Positions 45,030 to 64,000 of a stretch of DNA of 64,000 nucleotides are shown piece after piece. The translations under genes and the position numbers were made by a program. Source of the DNA: the human T2T-CHM13v2.0 reference genome, Homo sapiens; NCBI RefSeq assembly GCF_009914755.1, contig NC_060947.1; one strand, given 5' to 3'. The notes under the pieces were generated by a model. That model saw only the letters and a program-made list of their open reading frames with translations, was not told the origin of the DNA and searched no databases. The first letter of the stretch is position 1; the number at the start of each line of letters is the position of its first letter.

Positions 45030-47850
45030 GTTGAAGAGAGGCAGTGGAGTATAACTACTTAGAGCACAAGCCCTGGGGCAAAACTTGTTAGATTCAGTCC
45101 TTCCTTCTGCCACTTCTTCACTCAAGTTACCCCCTGCTTAGGTCTCTTCACCTGTAAAGTGTAGCACTCAGTTCGATCAGGCAAACAGAAACTACTCTAT
45201 AGTTATTTCAGGAAGGCATTTAACACAGAGAATTAGGGGCCTACAAAGCCTTTGGAAGGGCTATGAGAGAAAAGGTAAGGGAACTACCAGCAAAATGAGA
45301 CAGTTGTAGGAATTGCAGGAATCATGGGAAATTTTAGAGATTGTTAGGAAACTGCTGCTAATGACGTCACTGAAGCAGATGTTTCACAAGAGAATGCTCA
45401 GAAATCACTTAAATCTTTTCTGATCAAGCCCACACACCTAAACAAGACGTCAGGAAGAGCAGTGATGGTGTCTACTTCCCTTCTGCTTGCCAAGTTTCCT
45501 GCAAGTACCTCTCATGGGTGGAATCCAAAACTGAACTTGACTGACAAATGAGTGTGGGAAATGTAGCTTCCAAGCTTAACAATATAGGTGAGAGCTAGAA
45601 AAAGCAGGGATATGACTTAACAATACAGGTGAGAGCTAGAAAAAGCAGGGATATGAATATGACTTCATAGGTTGGTTATAAGAATATATATATGATTCAA
45701 TTTATGTAAAATAAAACACTTAGAACAATGTTAGCTGTCACGATGGTGTCCAGATTATCTGCACCTAAGATGCCAGGAATTGAAGTGCCTACTTGCTTTT
45801 TAAATAGTGCATCCTGAGGCTGCTCCTTCAATTGTCCATTCAAGCATTCATACATATAGCATCCACTGAATACATATTTATCAGCTGTCTACCAGATAGT
45901 GGGTACTAAGCTCATCACTAGGGATGCAGTGGTGAAGGAAGGATACTTGTTCCCTTCCCTCAAAGAGTTCACCTCAAAGGTAGAGAGACAAACATGTACA
46001 CAGGCAACATTATTTTGTAAAGCTATATCTTCCTAATTCTCATGTTGGTAAAGTGCTTTACAAACTTTACAGTTTATTTTATTCTTGAACACGTATTACC
46101 TCCTATCCTCAAAATAATTTAATGAGATAAGCAGATCAGATGTTGCTATAAATATTATTAATGTCATTTACAGATGACAAAAAATTTAGAGAGGCAATAA
46201 TATTATCAAGGTCAACAGTTAGTAACAGGATTGGGGTTGGAATACAATTCTCCTAATACCTAGATTAATGATCTTTCTGATGAGAGCCTGATGCGTTCAT
46301 GGAGTCCTTGGAAGAGGGGTAGGAAGAAGGCAAGATTGTTGCTGAGCAGAGAGAGGAAGACACTGTAGGTTCAGATTGTCTAGGTTCAAAATAGCTAGGT
46401 TCTGACACTTACTAGCTATACGACCTTGGGCAGCTTTCTGCCTCAGTTTCCTCATCTATAACAGGAAGACAATTATAGGACTGACCCTTGTAGGGTTCTT
46501 AAGAAGATTAAATCAGTTAATTTATCTAAAATGCTGAGAACTGTGGCTTGGCCATGGTAAGCCCTCAATAAACGTTAACTATTTTTATCATTATTACTGA
46601 AGTTGTTGTTATTATTGAATTCCCAATTGACGTAAAAGTAGTTGACCCCCATCTCACTGATCACCTTCTCCCTCTCCTCTTTTTCTCCACTAGTAATGTG
46701 CATAGTAACTGTTTCTGGTTAAGTGTGAACAGCAGGTCAAACACTTTTACAGTGCAACATCATGAGAGACTGGGAAAAAAACATGCTCAGGCGTCAGGAA
46801 GTCTGGATTCTAGTCTGGGTTCTGCCATTAGTGAGCTATGGAACTCTGAGTGTATCACTTAACCTCTCTGGACTGCATCTGTCATACAGGGGAAAATATA
46901 TTCCTTAGCCTACCTCACAGAATGGTTGAAAGATCAAATGAGATCATAGATGTTAGATGTTAAAAAGTTAAAAGCACATTACAAATGCTGCATGATGGTA
47001 TTATCATTATCCTCAGAGTTAATCTCTCCATCTCCTTCTCACTTACCCTTGACAACCACTCACTCACTGAATTTTATTGAGTCTTGTTCTGAAATATTTC
47101 CCCAACCCAACCCCTCTTCTCTGTCCTCAATGCGTCTGTCCTAGTTCACTGCTTTATCAATGCTTATCAGGATGACTGTAACACACTCCTAACTATTTTT
47201 CTCTAGCCCAGTATTACTTCCTTCTAAACTAGCCATCCAATCACTGTCTCCAGAGTGATTTTTCTAAAGGGAAAATCTCATCAATCTCATCTTGTCACTT
47301 CACCCCCTCTATAATCTCACTCCCAGATTAGAAATTTACAGTGGCTCCCTATTGCCTACAGGATATGTGGCATTAATGAAGCCTCTGCTAGTCTCTCCAT
47401 CCTCATTATCCACCTCATCACCACAGACCCCACGCTCCAGGAAGACAATACTTTCTTTCCCTGAACCTTTTATGTAGCAGTGCTGCTACACACACTGTTC
47501 TCTCTGCCTGCAGAACCCTCTCCACTTTCTATGCCTGGGAAAATCTCAGTCCCCCTTCAAGAACAAAATCAAATGTCATTTCCTCAGTGAAGCCCTCCTC
47601 AAAGCTCATTCTACCTTGTTTAAGCCTAGGTACATTACGTAATTCCATTTCCTTTGCTTAATAGCATTTTGCTTGACTCGCAATTTGATACATTTCGTGC
47701 TGTTTTATAATAATGCTTGTTTTGGAGTGTTTATCCTTAATTAGATCATAAGCTTACTGAGAGCAGGAATTTTGTTTTGTTCATCTCTGTCTCCTTAGCA
47801 TAGTTCCTGGCACAGAGTGCATGCATAATAAGAATTAATTAAATGTAAGT
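45030..47850. mobile_element. Cluster of MIR, L2 and old MLT1-like relics
   Basis: MIR cores (gcctcagtttcctcatctataa at 46440), L2 body 47050-47850, LTR-like 45160-45600 splitting a MIR. Confidence 0.55.
45575..45656. repeat. 41-bp tandem duplication (2 copies, 1 mismatch)
   Basis: cttaacaata(t/c)aggtgagagctagaaaaagcagggatatga twice. Confidence 0.95.
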
Positions 47851-48516
47851 GCTCACAAATGTTGCTCAAACTATTTGTGGTAAAGGACAGTTTTTTAAAA
47901 AATTTCCAAGCTGTTGCAGGCTGATATTTGATAAAATATGATAAACATGTCACAGCAATATCAAATCACTTTGATAGTTACTAAATGTTCACTCTCAATT
48001 GTGTCCTTATCTCACTGCAAACATTTTGAGTAGCACTCAGGTAGACTTTTTGCAAAGATGCCTTGCTTCTGCCCCCTAAAATCTGGATAACTAATTTGGG
48101 AATTTTAACAAGCATACACATAAAAATAATAAACAAGTGTATCATATATTCAGAGCACAAACTGGGCAAGAAATCAATAAATAAAACTATTGTAATTAGA
48201 TATATGTATAGATGTAATAAATTAACCGGGCAGTGAATGAAAGGGTGCAGGATTATATTTAGACAGCAACAGTTTGCATGGTACCTCAAAACTAATCTAG
48301 GAAAGCTTTAGGAAAAATTGGGATTTCCAGAACCTACTCAAATCAAAGATGGCTGAGATGGAGTGGGGGAAGTTGGGGAAAAGTGGAGAGAAAGAGGAGA
48401 CCTCCAGTAAACACTGTTTGCAGAATTTTATTTACCTAAATGCTTAATTGAAAGTTTTCATAGAGTCTCAATAGATAGTGGCCACTACACCCACCCCATT
48501 CATTTATTACCTTCTT

Positions 48517-48816
48517 TTTAATTATTATTTCACTTCATGTTCTAGGATACATGTGCAGAATGTGCAGGTTTGTTACATAGGTATACATGTGCCATGGTGG
48601 TTTGCTGCACCTATCAACCAGTCATCTAGGTTTTAAGCCCCACATGCATTAGGTATTTGTCCTAATGCTCTCCCTCCACTTGCTGCCCACCCCCCGACAG
48701 GCCCCGGTATATGTTGTTCCCTTCCCTGTGTCCATGTGTTCTCATCGTTCAACTCCCACTTATCAGTGAGAACATGTGGTGTTTGGTTTTCTGTTTCTGT
48801 GTTAGTTTGTTGAGAA
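48517..48816 (-). mobile_element. 5'-truncated L1PA7/8-like 3' end with TSD
   Basis: Reverse 3'UTR and ORF2 end; TSD attaccttctt 48506-48516 and 48822-48832. Confidence 0.9.
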
Positions 48817-48869
48817 CACTCATTACCTTCTTGAGCCATGTTGAGAATGCTCTCAAGAAACAGGGGACT

Positions 48870-54387
<5,518 letters not shown>

Positions 54388-56728
54388 AAGAAACAGGGTA
54401 CTCAGTAATTATCCTAGGAATGGCCCTACTCCTTGGTAACTCAAGAGCAGAAACGGAGTTAACAATGTTAGTCAAAAGTTTCATCATATAGTCAGTAATG
54501 AAGCCTTGGAATTAGTGAGCAAAAGCTACATGTAATTTAATGACATAAAAATAACACTCCCAAATGAATATACACCTTCAACTCAGTAGTGGGAATTAGT
54601 TGCCTTTTAGGGACCTGGTGCCTGAAGTCTCTTCAGTGAAACTGCTTCATTGAAGCCACAATGAATAAACTCAGAAGGTAGCATCAGAAAATGTTTAAGA
54701 TTGTCCTCGCCTTCCATTGTTCATATTTTGGACCCATTGGTTCCTAAAATGCTGAGCAAAATCAAGACACAATTCACTGTAAAAGCAAGTGAAGAATCGT
54801 ATGCCCTGGCAAGAAGGAAAGAAGCCATATTTGTTTCTTGGAACAAATCAGCATGAATATGTGGAATGGTCAGTCTTGACATGGATCTCCCACGATGCAA
54901 CTGCAATTCACTCCCCTTGAAAGACTCTAACACCTCAGTGAGCTGACAATGTTGCAATATACAAAGGGCTATATTAACACAACTCTTAGAGAGCTTAGTA
55001 GATTTCGTCATATTTATTTATTTTGCTTTTTGCTATTCAGTTGAGTACAATACATTCAATTCCAAAAATATTTGGTGACTTCCTGCTATGTGCCAGGAAG
55101 TGAGCCACGTACTAGAGTTACAGAAATCAATAAAATGTAGGTTCTGCTTTCAGAGGGCTTATAATATAATCTGACCATAGTGCCTTGTTTGTATCCTCAT
55201 TTATTCTTCTTTCTGCCCTCCAGAAAAGAAAGACAACCAAGGTGTTCACTTTCTCATGAGCGATACTTCCTAAGTGGGGCCTCATTTTAATATAATAATA
55301 GATAATACATATATAGCACTAAAATTCTATGATATATATACTGCAATTATCCCAATTTTACAACCGAGGAAACTAAGGTATAAACAAGTGAAACAAACTA
55401 CCAATGTCACATAGTGTATCAGTGATGGATCCAGGATTCAAACACAGCTGCGGAATCCATTTTCTTAACCACCACTCTATACTGCATGATATGGATAATA
55501 GAAATTCCTGCCTGTAAGCACTATCCCTTTCATAAAGTATAGTTTGTGCTTTTGGGAGCTTTCTGAGGAGCTCAGGGAAAAAGGATGATACTCCACATGT
55601 CCCTTAATTTTAATATTGAAAATGAATCGAATCCTCCTGGGAAGCACACTCTTGTCTTGCATGGTAGGTGGGACGAGGAATGCCTGTTTTGAGAAACCTG
55701 TGTGAAGAAAAGCCATGAAGTGTACCCAAAATATTTCTAAAATTTAAAAAGCTGTGAATTTATGTGTGGGTATCTCTACATATGTCTAGTTAGTTTAGAA
55801 AGATTGTGGCTCTCACAGTGCTAAAACACTGAATTATTCAATAAAAAAAATATATGGTTAGTCTGGTGAGATGCATTTAAATCATATATATACAAAAATG
55901 TGTTATTTTCCCACTATTTATGCTGGCCTTTTTTTAGTTTGTTTTGCGATCTTTAGGGCTATAAGATGATGAGGACTGTAAGCCTAACTAAGGCTTTATG
56001 GTTAAATATGTCGTCATTCTAGTATGAAACTTTAGTACCCCTTGAAAAAGTATGTACCCTGAAAGTCCCATTCTTGTAACACTATTTGGAAACCAGAGTT
56101 GTGATGTCTAATGCACAAAGGCCAGATCAGCTGACTTTTGTCTCAGTTTCAGTCTAATAACTCTATTTCAAGAACCATTTTCCCTTCATATTTATTCTGT
56201 TTTCTGATTCCAAACCTGGGAATATCTACAGAACAAAAAGGAGCATTCTACTTCTCATTAAAGGACACCAAGGCTCTCCTTGTAGGATGACTCTGTAATG
56301 AGTAGAAACAACTTCAGTTAGATGTTGCACAGCAGTTAAGTAGTGTTTTTCAGATTGCCTGGCCTTGGTTCTTGATTCCTATTCAGAGTCTCCTTGTTCT
56401 GCATCAAATTTTATTGAGGATCCTGTTACAATCTATTACTTTACTTCCTGAATTACTTGTCCATAAAGGTCTTCTGCCTTCTGAGGCTTGGTGTATGTCT
56501 TGAGTAGAGAATCCAAAAAGATTATCTATGCCATTAACCTGGATGATACTTCCTGCTGCCCAGCTCCTAAGACAAACCTTTCCATCCACAGCCTGCTCTC
56601 ACCAAAACCTGATACTTGCCTCATGAGTCTCTGTAACTATATACCATAAAGACCCAATATTCTGATTTGTGACTAGAACTTGATGGATGGATATTACAGA
56701 ATATCCAGGAAAAAAAATCTTGACTTCA

Positions 56729-57196
<468 letters not shown>

Positions 57197-57429
57197 TCAC
57201 TACACCACCTTCCCTCCATGCAAAGGGCAAACTGTAGGATTTTAAAAAGGCAAAGCATTGAAGTTTATTTCTGAGCTACAAGGCATTCATAAAACTGAAA
57301 AACATGAGATCCTGTTTCTTATCATAGACTTTTCACCCTCGAACATTTATTTTCTCCAGCCAATTTAATGCACTTTCAGTCAAATCAATTTCTTGACATT
57401 AGGTAAGACAGAAGAGTCAAATAACTGGC

Positions 57430-58520
57430 ACTGATTCATTCCACAAACATGTATTAAACCCATATTTTGTGCCAGGCACTGTGTGAGGTGATGGAAATAA
57501 GCCAGTGCACAGGACAGTCGGGGCTTCTTCTGTCCCAAAGTTTATAATTTAGTAAGAATACAGAAATTAAATGTTACATCAATACATAAATACAAACAGT
57601 GATAAGGGCCATGCAGGACAAGTTCAGGGTGCGATGAACAATTGTAACAAAAAGATCTGATTTTGATTTCAAAGAAGGGGTGGTGTTAAAGAAGACTTTT
57701 CTTAAAAACTTCATTTTCAACAGAAAACCAAACGCTGCATGTTCTCACTCATAAGTGGGAGTTGAACAATGAGAACACATGGACACAGGGAGGGGAACAA
57801 CACACACTGGGGCCTGTCAGGGTGTGGGGGTTGGGGGGAGGGAGAGCATCAGGACAAATAGCTAATGTGTGCAGGGCTTAAAACCCTATCAAACCATGAC
57901 GGGTTGACAAGTACAGACGTATACCTATGTAACAAACCTGCACATTCTGCACATGTATCCCAGAACTTAAAGTTAAAAAAAAAGGCCCTTTTAAGCTGAG
58001 ATATAATATCAAGGATTATTAAGAGTTCACAAAGCAAAAAAAGAGTAGGAAGAATATTTCCAGCACAGAGAACACAATGTGCAAAAGTCCTGAAATGTGA
58101 ACAAGCTTGGAGTGCCTCATAAAGACAGTATGGCTGGAACACGATGAGAAAAGACAGTGCAAGATAAGGTTGGGGTCAGATCATTTAGAGTCTTGTAGGT
58201 TTTGGTAATAAGTTAGATTTTATTCTAAGTACAATTAGAAGCCCTCAAGTGGGTTTTAAGCATAGACAGGATATGGTTGTAATTGTGTTTATTTGTTAAA
58301 GTTGATTCTGGCTGCTCTGTGGAAAATAGACTATAGAGAGGCATGAATGGAAGTAGGGAGATCTATTAGGCAACTCATCTATTAGTACAGATGAGAGATA
58401 ATGGTGGCTCTGACTACATAAGCATTATAGGTAGATTTGAAATATACGTAGGAGGAAGAGCCAATTGGACTTGGTGACTGATTGGATATTCAGGGTAAGG
58501 AAGAAGTGAGAGTGAACTGG
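57430..58520 (-). mobile_element. L2 element interrupted by an L1 fragment
   Basis: attcattccacaaacatgtattaa..tgtgccaggcactgt, gattctggctgctctgtggaaaatagact. Confidence 0.7.
57718..57983 (+). mobile_element. Short L1PA7/8-like 3' end
   Basis: cagaaaaccaaac..catgttctcactcataagtgggagttgaac.. ending agaacttaaagttaaaaaaaa. Confidence 0.9.
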
Positions 58521-58927
58521 GCACACATTTTATGTCATGGATGTGAATCAGCTAAAGACAAATATCCATAGTGGGAAAGGATAATTAGCAATTCTGTGAT
58601 TCGGGAATCTGATTACATTTGAACAATAAGATAGCACCTTTTCTTTAAGAGGAGTGTTCAAAAGTAAAGTCCAACCTCCCTCATTTTAAAGATGAAGAAA
58701 TTAAGACTCATAATGGATGTGCTACTTAGCAAATTAATCTTATGCTGTATATGAATGTTTTATCTCCCAAATTAAAACATAAAGATCCAAATGACATTAC
58801 TTGTTTTGTAGACATCTCTTCCTAATAGCACCCAATATAGAGATTGAGGATATAGCAAATACTCAATAATTGCCTCTCAAATTAAAATGAATTGAATTCC
58901 TTCTTCTTTCTCGGCAGATAGAACAAA

Positions 58928-60048
58928 ATGGATATTCTGGTTATTGATAATGGCAGTGAAGTGACAGAGTTCATCCTGGTGGGTTTGTACAACCATCCAA
59001 AATTTCAGATTGCCTTTTATCGCACCATGGTAGTGGTCTACCTGATCACATTTGTTGGTAGCAGTCTCATTATTGTTGTGGTTAAAGTTGATGGGTGGCT
59101 TCACACTCCTATGTGTTTTTTCCTAAGCAACCTGTCCTTCCTTGATATCTGCTACTCCAGCAATTCAGTACCTTTTTTGTTGTTCAATGGCTTAAGAGAC
59201 TACCCCACCATTTCCTATAACAGCTGTTATGCCCAGATGACCAGTGCTTTTTTTCTGGGGATGACAGGGTGTCTTCTCCTTGCTGTCATGGCTTATGAGA
59301 GATTTGTTGTGATCTCCAATCCCCTGCGCTACATCATCATTATGAACAATAAGGTCTGCATACAGTTGGCCATGGTGACCTGGGCCAGTGCCTTCCTTAT
59401 GTCATTAATACAATAATTGCAATAATACATTGCAATAATACATTAATTGCAATGATTGCATTGCAATTCCTGCCCATTTTTGTGGACACAATGTCATCAA
59501 CCATTTTACCTGTGAGGTGCAGGAATTGTTGAAGCTTGTCTGCTCAGACATCCCAGGCAGCCTCATCCTCGGTCTAGTCATCGGCATATTCACCTTGTCC
59601 CTGCCCTTCACCTTGCCCCTGCCCTTCACCTTCATCCTCTTCGCCTATGCTCACATTGTGGTTGCTGTGCTGAGGATCAACTCTGCAGAGGCCAGACTCA
59701 AAGCTTTCTCCACCTGTGGATCCCATCTGACTGTGATCATCATATTTTATGGGACAGCCACCTACATGTACTTGAAACCTCAGTCAAGGGAATCCCAAGA
59801 TGAGGGTAAAGTCATCTCTGTATTTTTTTTGAAAGTATTTTTTATTATACTTTAAGTTCTGGGGTACATGTGCAGAACGTGTAGTTTTGTTACATAGGTA
59901 TACACATGCCAGAGAAACAACATCAAAATGATAGCATCTCTGTATTTTATGGTGTTGTGACCCCTATGTTGAACCCCCTCATTTACACCTTGAGAGACAA
60001 GGATGCGAAAATGCTCTAAGAAAAATAATTAGGAAGAAAGAGTCCTAA
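58928..60048 (+). pseudogene. Olfactory receptor pseudogene, family 13-like (possibly OR13K1P, from positional recall only)
   Basis: OR motifs [66 protein letters not shown]; frameshifting insertion at about 59414-59460, 18-bp duplication, L1 insertion, and 1-bp deletion near 60010; acceptor ..tttctcggcag at 58917. Confidence 0.93.
59827..59934 (-). mobile_element. 108-bp L1PA7/8-like 3' tip inserted in the OR pseudogene
   Basis: ttattatactttaagttctggggtacatgtgcagaacgtg; perfect TSD catctctgtatttt 59813-59826 and 59935-59948. Confidence 0.92.
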
Positions 60049-60859
60049 AAGAATGTGAATATCGCATGGAGGCTCATCTAACCAACAGTTTGATATTGAC
60101 TTGTAAAAATAACAAGGTAGAAATACTAAACAACATTTTATAAGATAATTAAAGTGTTTTCTCTATTTCCAACAGGCATGTAAAATCTTTCCACTGAGAA
60201 AAAAAATGTTAAACTTTTATAGTACCACCATTTAAGTAGTACACAGGGCAGCCTTGAAGGAGAGTTTTAAAATAAAATAATAATTAGTACATTGTAATCC
60301 TGAGCAGTTTGATTTTATTTTACTAAATTGGAAATATTCTATTATAATATAATAATAATATGCTGAGATTCCCTTTTTTAGGTGAAAAAGAGCAAAGTTG
60401 CAAAATCGACAATTCTTATCTCAATGTTTTTGGTGTAAAATGTGTCATAACCCACACTTTGAAGTGATGGAGGTGAGTAGAGAGAAAAAAATTACTTAAC
60501 TACTACATAAGTGTCTGCATAGAAGGTCCTCTGCTAAAGCAAGGAGGCCTTCAAGACTGTGAACCTACTGAGAACTAGAACTGATAGACATTATGGAAAA
60601 TGCAATTACATGTCTTGATCAGTAGATAGGGCTATATTTTCTCTATGAGTGTGCACTATTCCTTCCAACTTCCAAAGGTGATCTAAAGGTGTTGACCTTA
60701 CAAACACAGCAAATTTAACTCAGGAGGAATGTCTTTTAAAAAGCAAATATATACAGTATTTTTAAATTATAATGTTAATTATTTAAAAGTAGATAAAACG
60801 GTAGAGAATAAATTTAAAAATCACCTATAATTCCAACACTCAATGAGGCTTGCATCAGT

Positions 60860-61080
60860 TTGGGGTTCAGATATGCATGTATTTAAGTCTGCTATGCACA
60901 ATTATTTCAGATTCAGCTCATCACTTTCCATATTTACACCTCAGTTTTCTCATCTATAAAATGGGGATTATAAGAGTGCCTACCTCACAAAAGTGGTTTT
61001 GAAAATTAAATGTGATAATACAAGTCACATTTCTATCACAATGTCTAGCATATGGTGGACATTGAATATGTATCAACCAA
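60860..61080 (+). mobile_element. MIR
   Basis: cctcagttttctcatctataaaatggggattataagagtgcctacctcac. Confidence 0.75.
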
Positions 61081-63029
61081 AAAAATACCTGTCAATTTGC
61101 CCTTTAAAATCCACACCCATTGTATGAGTGGTCATTTGCCTATGTCTATACCAATAATGACTGTATCATTTAAAAATATTCCATGACAATATGACAGACT
61201 GAAAATTTGTGTTTATTATCTTATTATCTTTGAGGTTGGGTCAAAATGTCAGTGAGTCAGCCCAACTCTGGAAAAAAGAAAATACTAAACTCAGTAACGT
61301 ATGACTAATAAAAGCTTCCAAACTTGTTTCAATCTAATTGACTCCACCATTGCTTCTGGATACATCCTGGCAGGTACACCCAAAGTTGGATCTATTCTAT
61401 TTCACTCTGGTAAGCACTCCTGGAATTAATACTTTATCCATCAACAACAGAAGCTGACTGAAGACTATTGTAAGTGCAAACAAAAATGAGAAAAGCATGG
61501 GAACCCCAATAAAGAACTCTTTGGAAAAGAAATCTATGGTGCTATACAAATTTTGTCGTAACATTATCAATTTAATCCTGAAAAAATTCTCATGTAAGTT
61601 TAATTTCTGATGTTTTCTAATCCTTCTCATCTAACCTAACGCAACCCTGAAACTAGAAGGAAGGTACTATTAACTAACAAGAAGACACAGTGAGCAGATG
61701 AAGTCAAACACTAGAGGATGGAAACAAATATGATTTCTCAGATGTAAGGGGGAAAAAGGGAGGAAAACTGCAAGCCTAATACTTATTAGAGTTTGATCAT
61801 TTTCATTAGGAACTAAGAGGAGGTAGAGAGGAACAAGAAATGAGATGTGCCTTGTGCTGACAGAGAGAAATTTATCGGGGAGAGGCAGGGACCTTTTTAG
61901 CTGTGAGAGAAAATTAGACAGGTAAACTAATTTCTTTCCTTTTGATTACCTCAAGGAGAAGTTAGACAAGACTCTCTCTAGAGAAATGTGTTACATCTGG
62001 AAGTGGAGAACAAGCTACAGGAAGCTTTCTAACATGAAGTCAAGACTCTGGATGAGTAGAAAATGTAAGAAATTATAAGAACAACTGTTCAGTTATAGTT
62101 GAATGTGTTAGGTGCCTTTATATTAAAAGTTTGCTGTGAAATTTGCCTTCTCCAAATCTTCCTTGTATTACAAAATAAACAAGTCTGAGTCATAATAAAT
62201 AAGCAATACTTTAGAACTACCCTAAGCCTTGGGAAATTTGTTTAAATTTCTTATCTCTGCCAAACAGCAGTTATGACTCGTAGCTGATAATGGACAACTC
62301 TGCGTCTCTGCACACCATCTCCTCATAAGGTGTGCCAAAATCACAAAACAACATCTTAGAAGGTTGAACTGACCCCTTAAAAAATCAACATCGCTGAGAA
62401 AAGAGCTTCGTGCTGTGTACTGGCAGCAGCAGAGCAAACAAAATGCACTTGAGCACCATAACCACAACTTTTCCAGGAAGTATTTCACAGAAATAAATTT
62501 TAAAATTTGAAAAAAATTAAGAAGAAATCATTGAACTTTTAGTGAATTTGTCAACAATGTCAGTACTAAGTAGTAAGAAAATAAAATTAATTACCTACAG
62601 AATGGTCCTTTGGTTTTAACAAGTCATGAAAGCAGAACTAGTCAATCTACCATTTTCATCACGTAGAAAGGAGTACATAGAAAAGTGCTCATTTGTTCCT
62701 GCAATTTTTTGTTGTCGTTGGCTCAATTAAAATAATCATCAAATAAAGTTTTTCACTAATGCATTTGAGTCATGGCCCTGTATGCCCATATCTGCTTGTC
62801 CACATATATACATGGACATATACACACAAGCTTTATTGTCAGAAAGACCTGAACTTGGGCAATATATTTTAACCCCTCTGAAACCCTCATTATCAGCTAT
62901 GTAGTATAGAATATAATAACCTCTACTTCATAGTGCTGCTTATGAGCATAAGATAAACAGTGTAAAACACTTAGTACAGTACTTGGCAAATAGTAAGCAC
63001 CTTAAAATACTTTATTACTTTTACTATTC

Positions 63030-63755
63030 CCATTTTTATTATTTTTAATTGACATAATAATTGTATATATTTATGGGATACAGTGAGTATGTGATAATCA
63101 AATAAGGTTAATTTACATATTCATCACTTCAAACATTTATCATTTCTTTGTGTTGGAAACATTCAAAATCTGTTCTTCTAGCTATTTGAAAATATACAAT
63201 AAATATTGTTGATTTCAGTCCCTCTTTAGTGCTACAGAACACTAGAACTTATTCCTCTTATCTAGCTGTACCTTTGTACCTGTTGACCAAACTTTGGCTA
63301 TCCTCTCTTCCTCAAACCTTTCCCCATCTCTAGTAACCACAATTCTAGTGTCTACTCCTATGAGATCAACTTTTTTGCAACCACATGTGAGTGAGGACAT
63401 GTGGTATTTATTCTTCCGTGCCTGGCTTTTTCCATTTTGCATAATGACCTCTAAACTCATCCATGTTGTTGTGAATTACAGAATTTTGTTCTTTTTATGG
63501 CTAAATAGTATTCCATTGTGTATCTATGACACATTTTATTTATCTATTCATATTTTGATGGCCACTTAGGTTGATTCCATACTTTGGCTGTTATGAATAT
63601 TGCTTCAAGAAAACATGGGAGTGTGGATATCTTTATGAGGTGGTGATTTCATTCTCTTCGGGTATATACCCAGAAGTGAGATTGCTGGCTCATACAGTAA
63701 TTCCATTTCTAGTTTTCTAAGGAATCTTTATACTGTTTTCCATAATGGCTGTTCT
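63030..63755 (-). mobile_element. L1MA 3' end nested in a MIR
   Basis: Reverse L1MA 3'UTR and ORF2 end (MSLEVIMQ..SQARKNKYHMSSL); MIR at 62840-63025. Confidence 0.85.
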
Positions 63756-64000
63756 TATCATCATCATTAGTATTATATAACTCTAGTACCAGAGATGCCC
63801 TTATATTGAAAGGCTTAATTTATTCTATGTGTAGCAAGGTTATCACACTTTTCTTGACTAAAGCTCATACAGGGAATTATGGAGAGCATATACAGGCATG
63901 TGTGTGTGTCAGGATGTAAGTGTTGAAGGATGTTTCACACTTTGCCTCTTTTTGCACCTTACTTCACTTATTCAACCAATATTTATTGAATATATTCTAT

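Noticed and set aside
59517-59855. 112-aa ORF as a separate gene
   Set aside because: It is the frameshifted second half of the OR pseudogene running into the L1 insert

Overview
Mammalian (almost certainly human) repeat-rich, AT-rich DNA. One intact single-coding-exon olfactory receptor (40257-41183, +, 308 aa, recognised as OR13H1, which I recall is at Xq26) and a same-strand related OR pseudogene (58928-60048) with four distinct lesions. Roughly 45% (eye estimate) is LINE-1: two TSD-flanked near-full-length primate L1PA copies (20674-26830; 48870-54387 with a 649-bp deletion), an older ~7.7-kb minus-strand L1 carrying a nested Alu and a twin-primed inverted L1, plus many fragments. Also a complete THE1 MaLR provirus, solo MST/MLT1 LTRs, six Alus, and MIR, L2, MER5 and MamSINE1-like relics. 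I found no convincing new biological system. The leads most worth checking are an open, extended L1 ORF0 that fuses in frame to a neighbouring L1 ORF2 tail, several templated-insertion or micro-inversion scars (one apparently copied from 3 kb away), a candidate 5' non-coding exon of the OR gene, and a speculative Gypsy-like RT fossil. Subfamily names are by-eye assignments, not RepeatMasker results.
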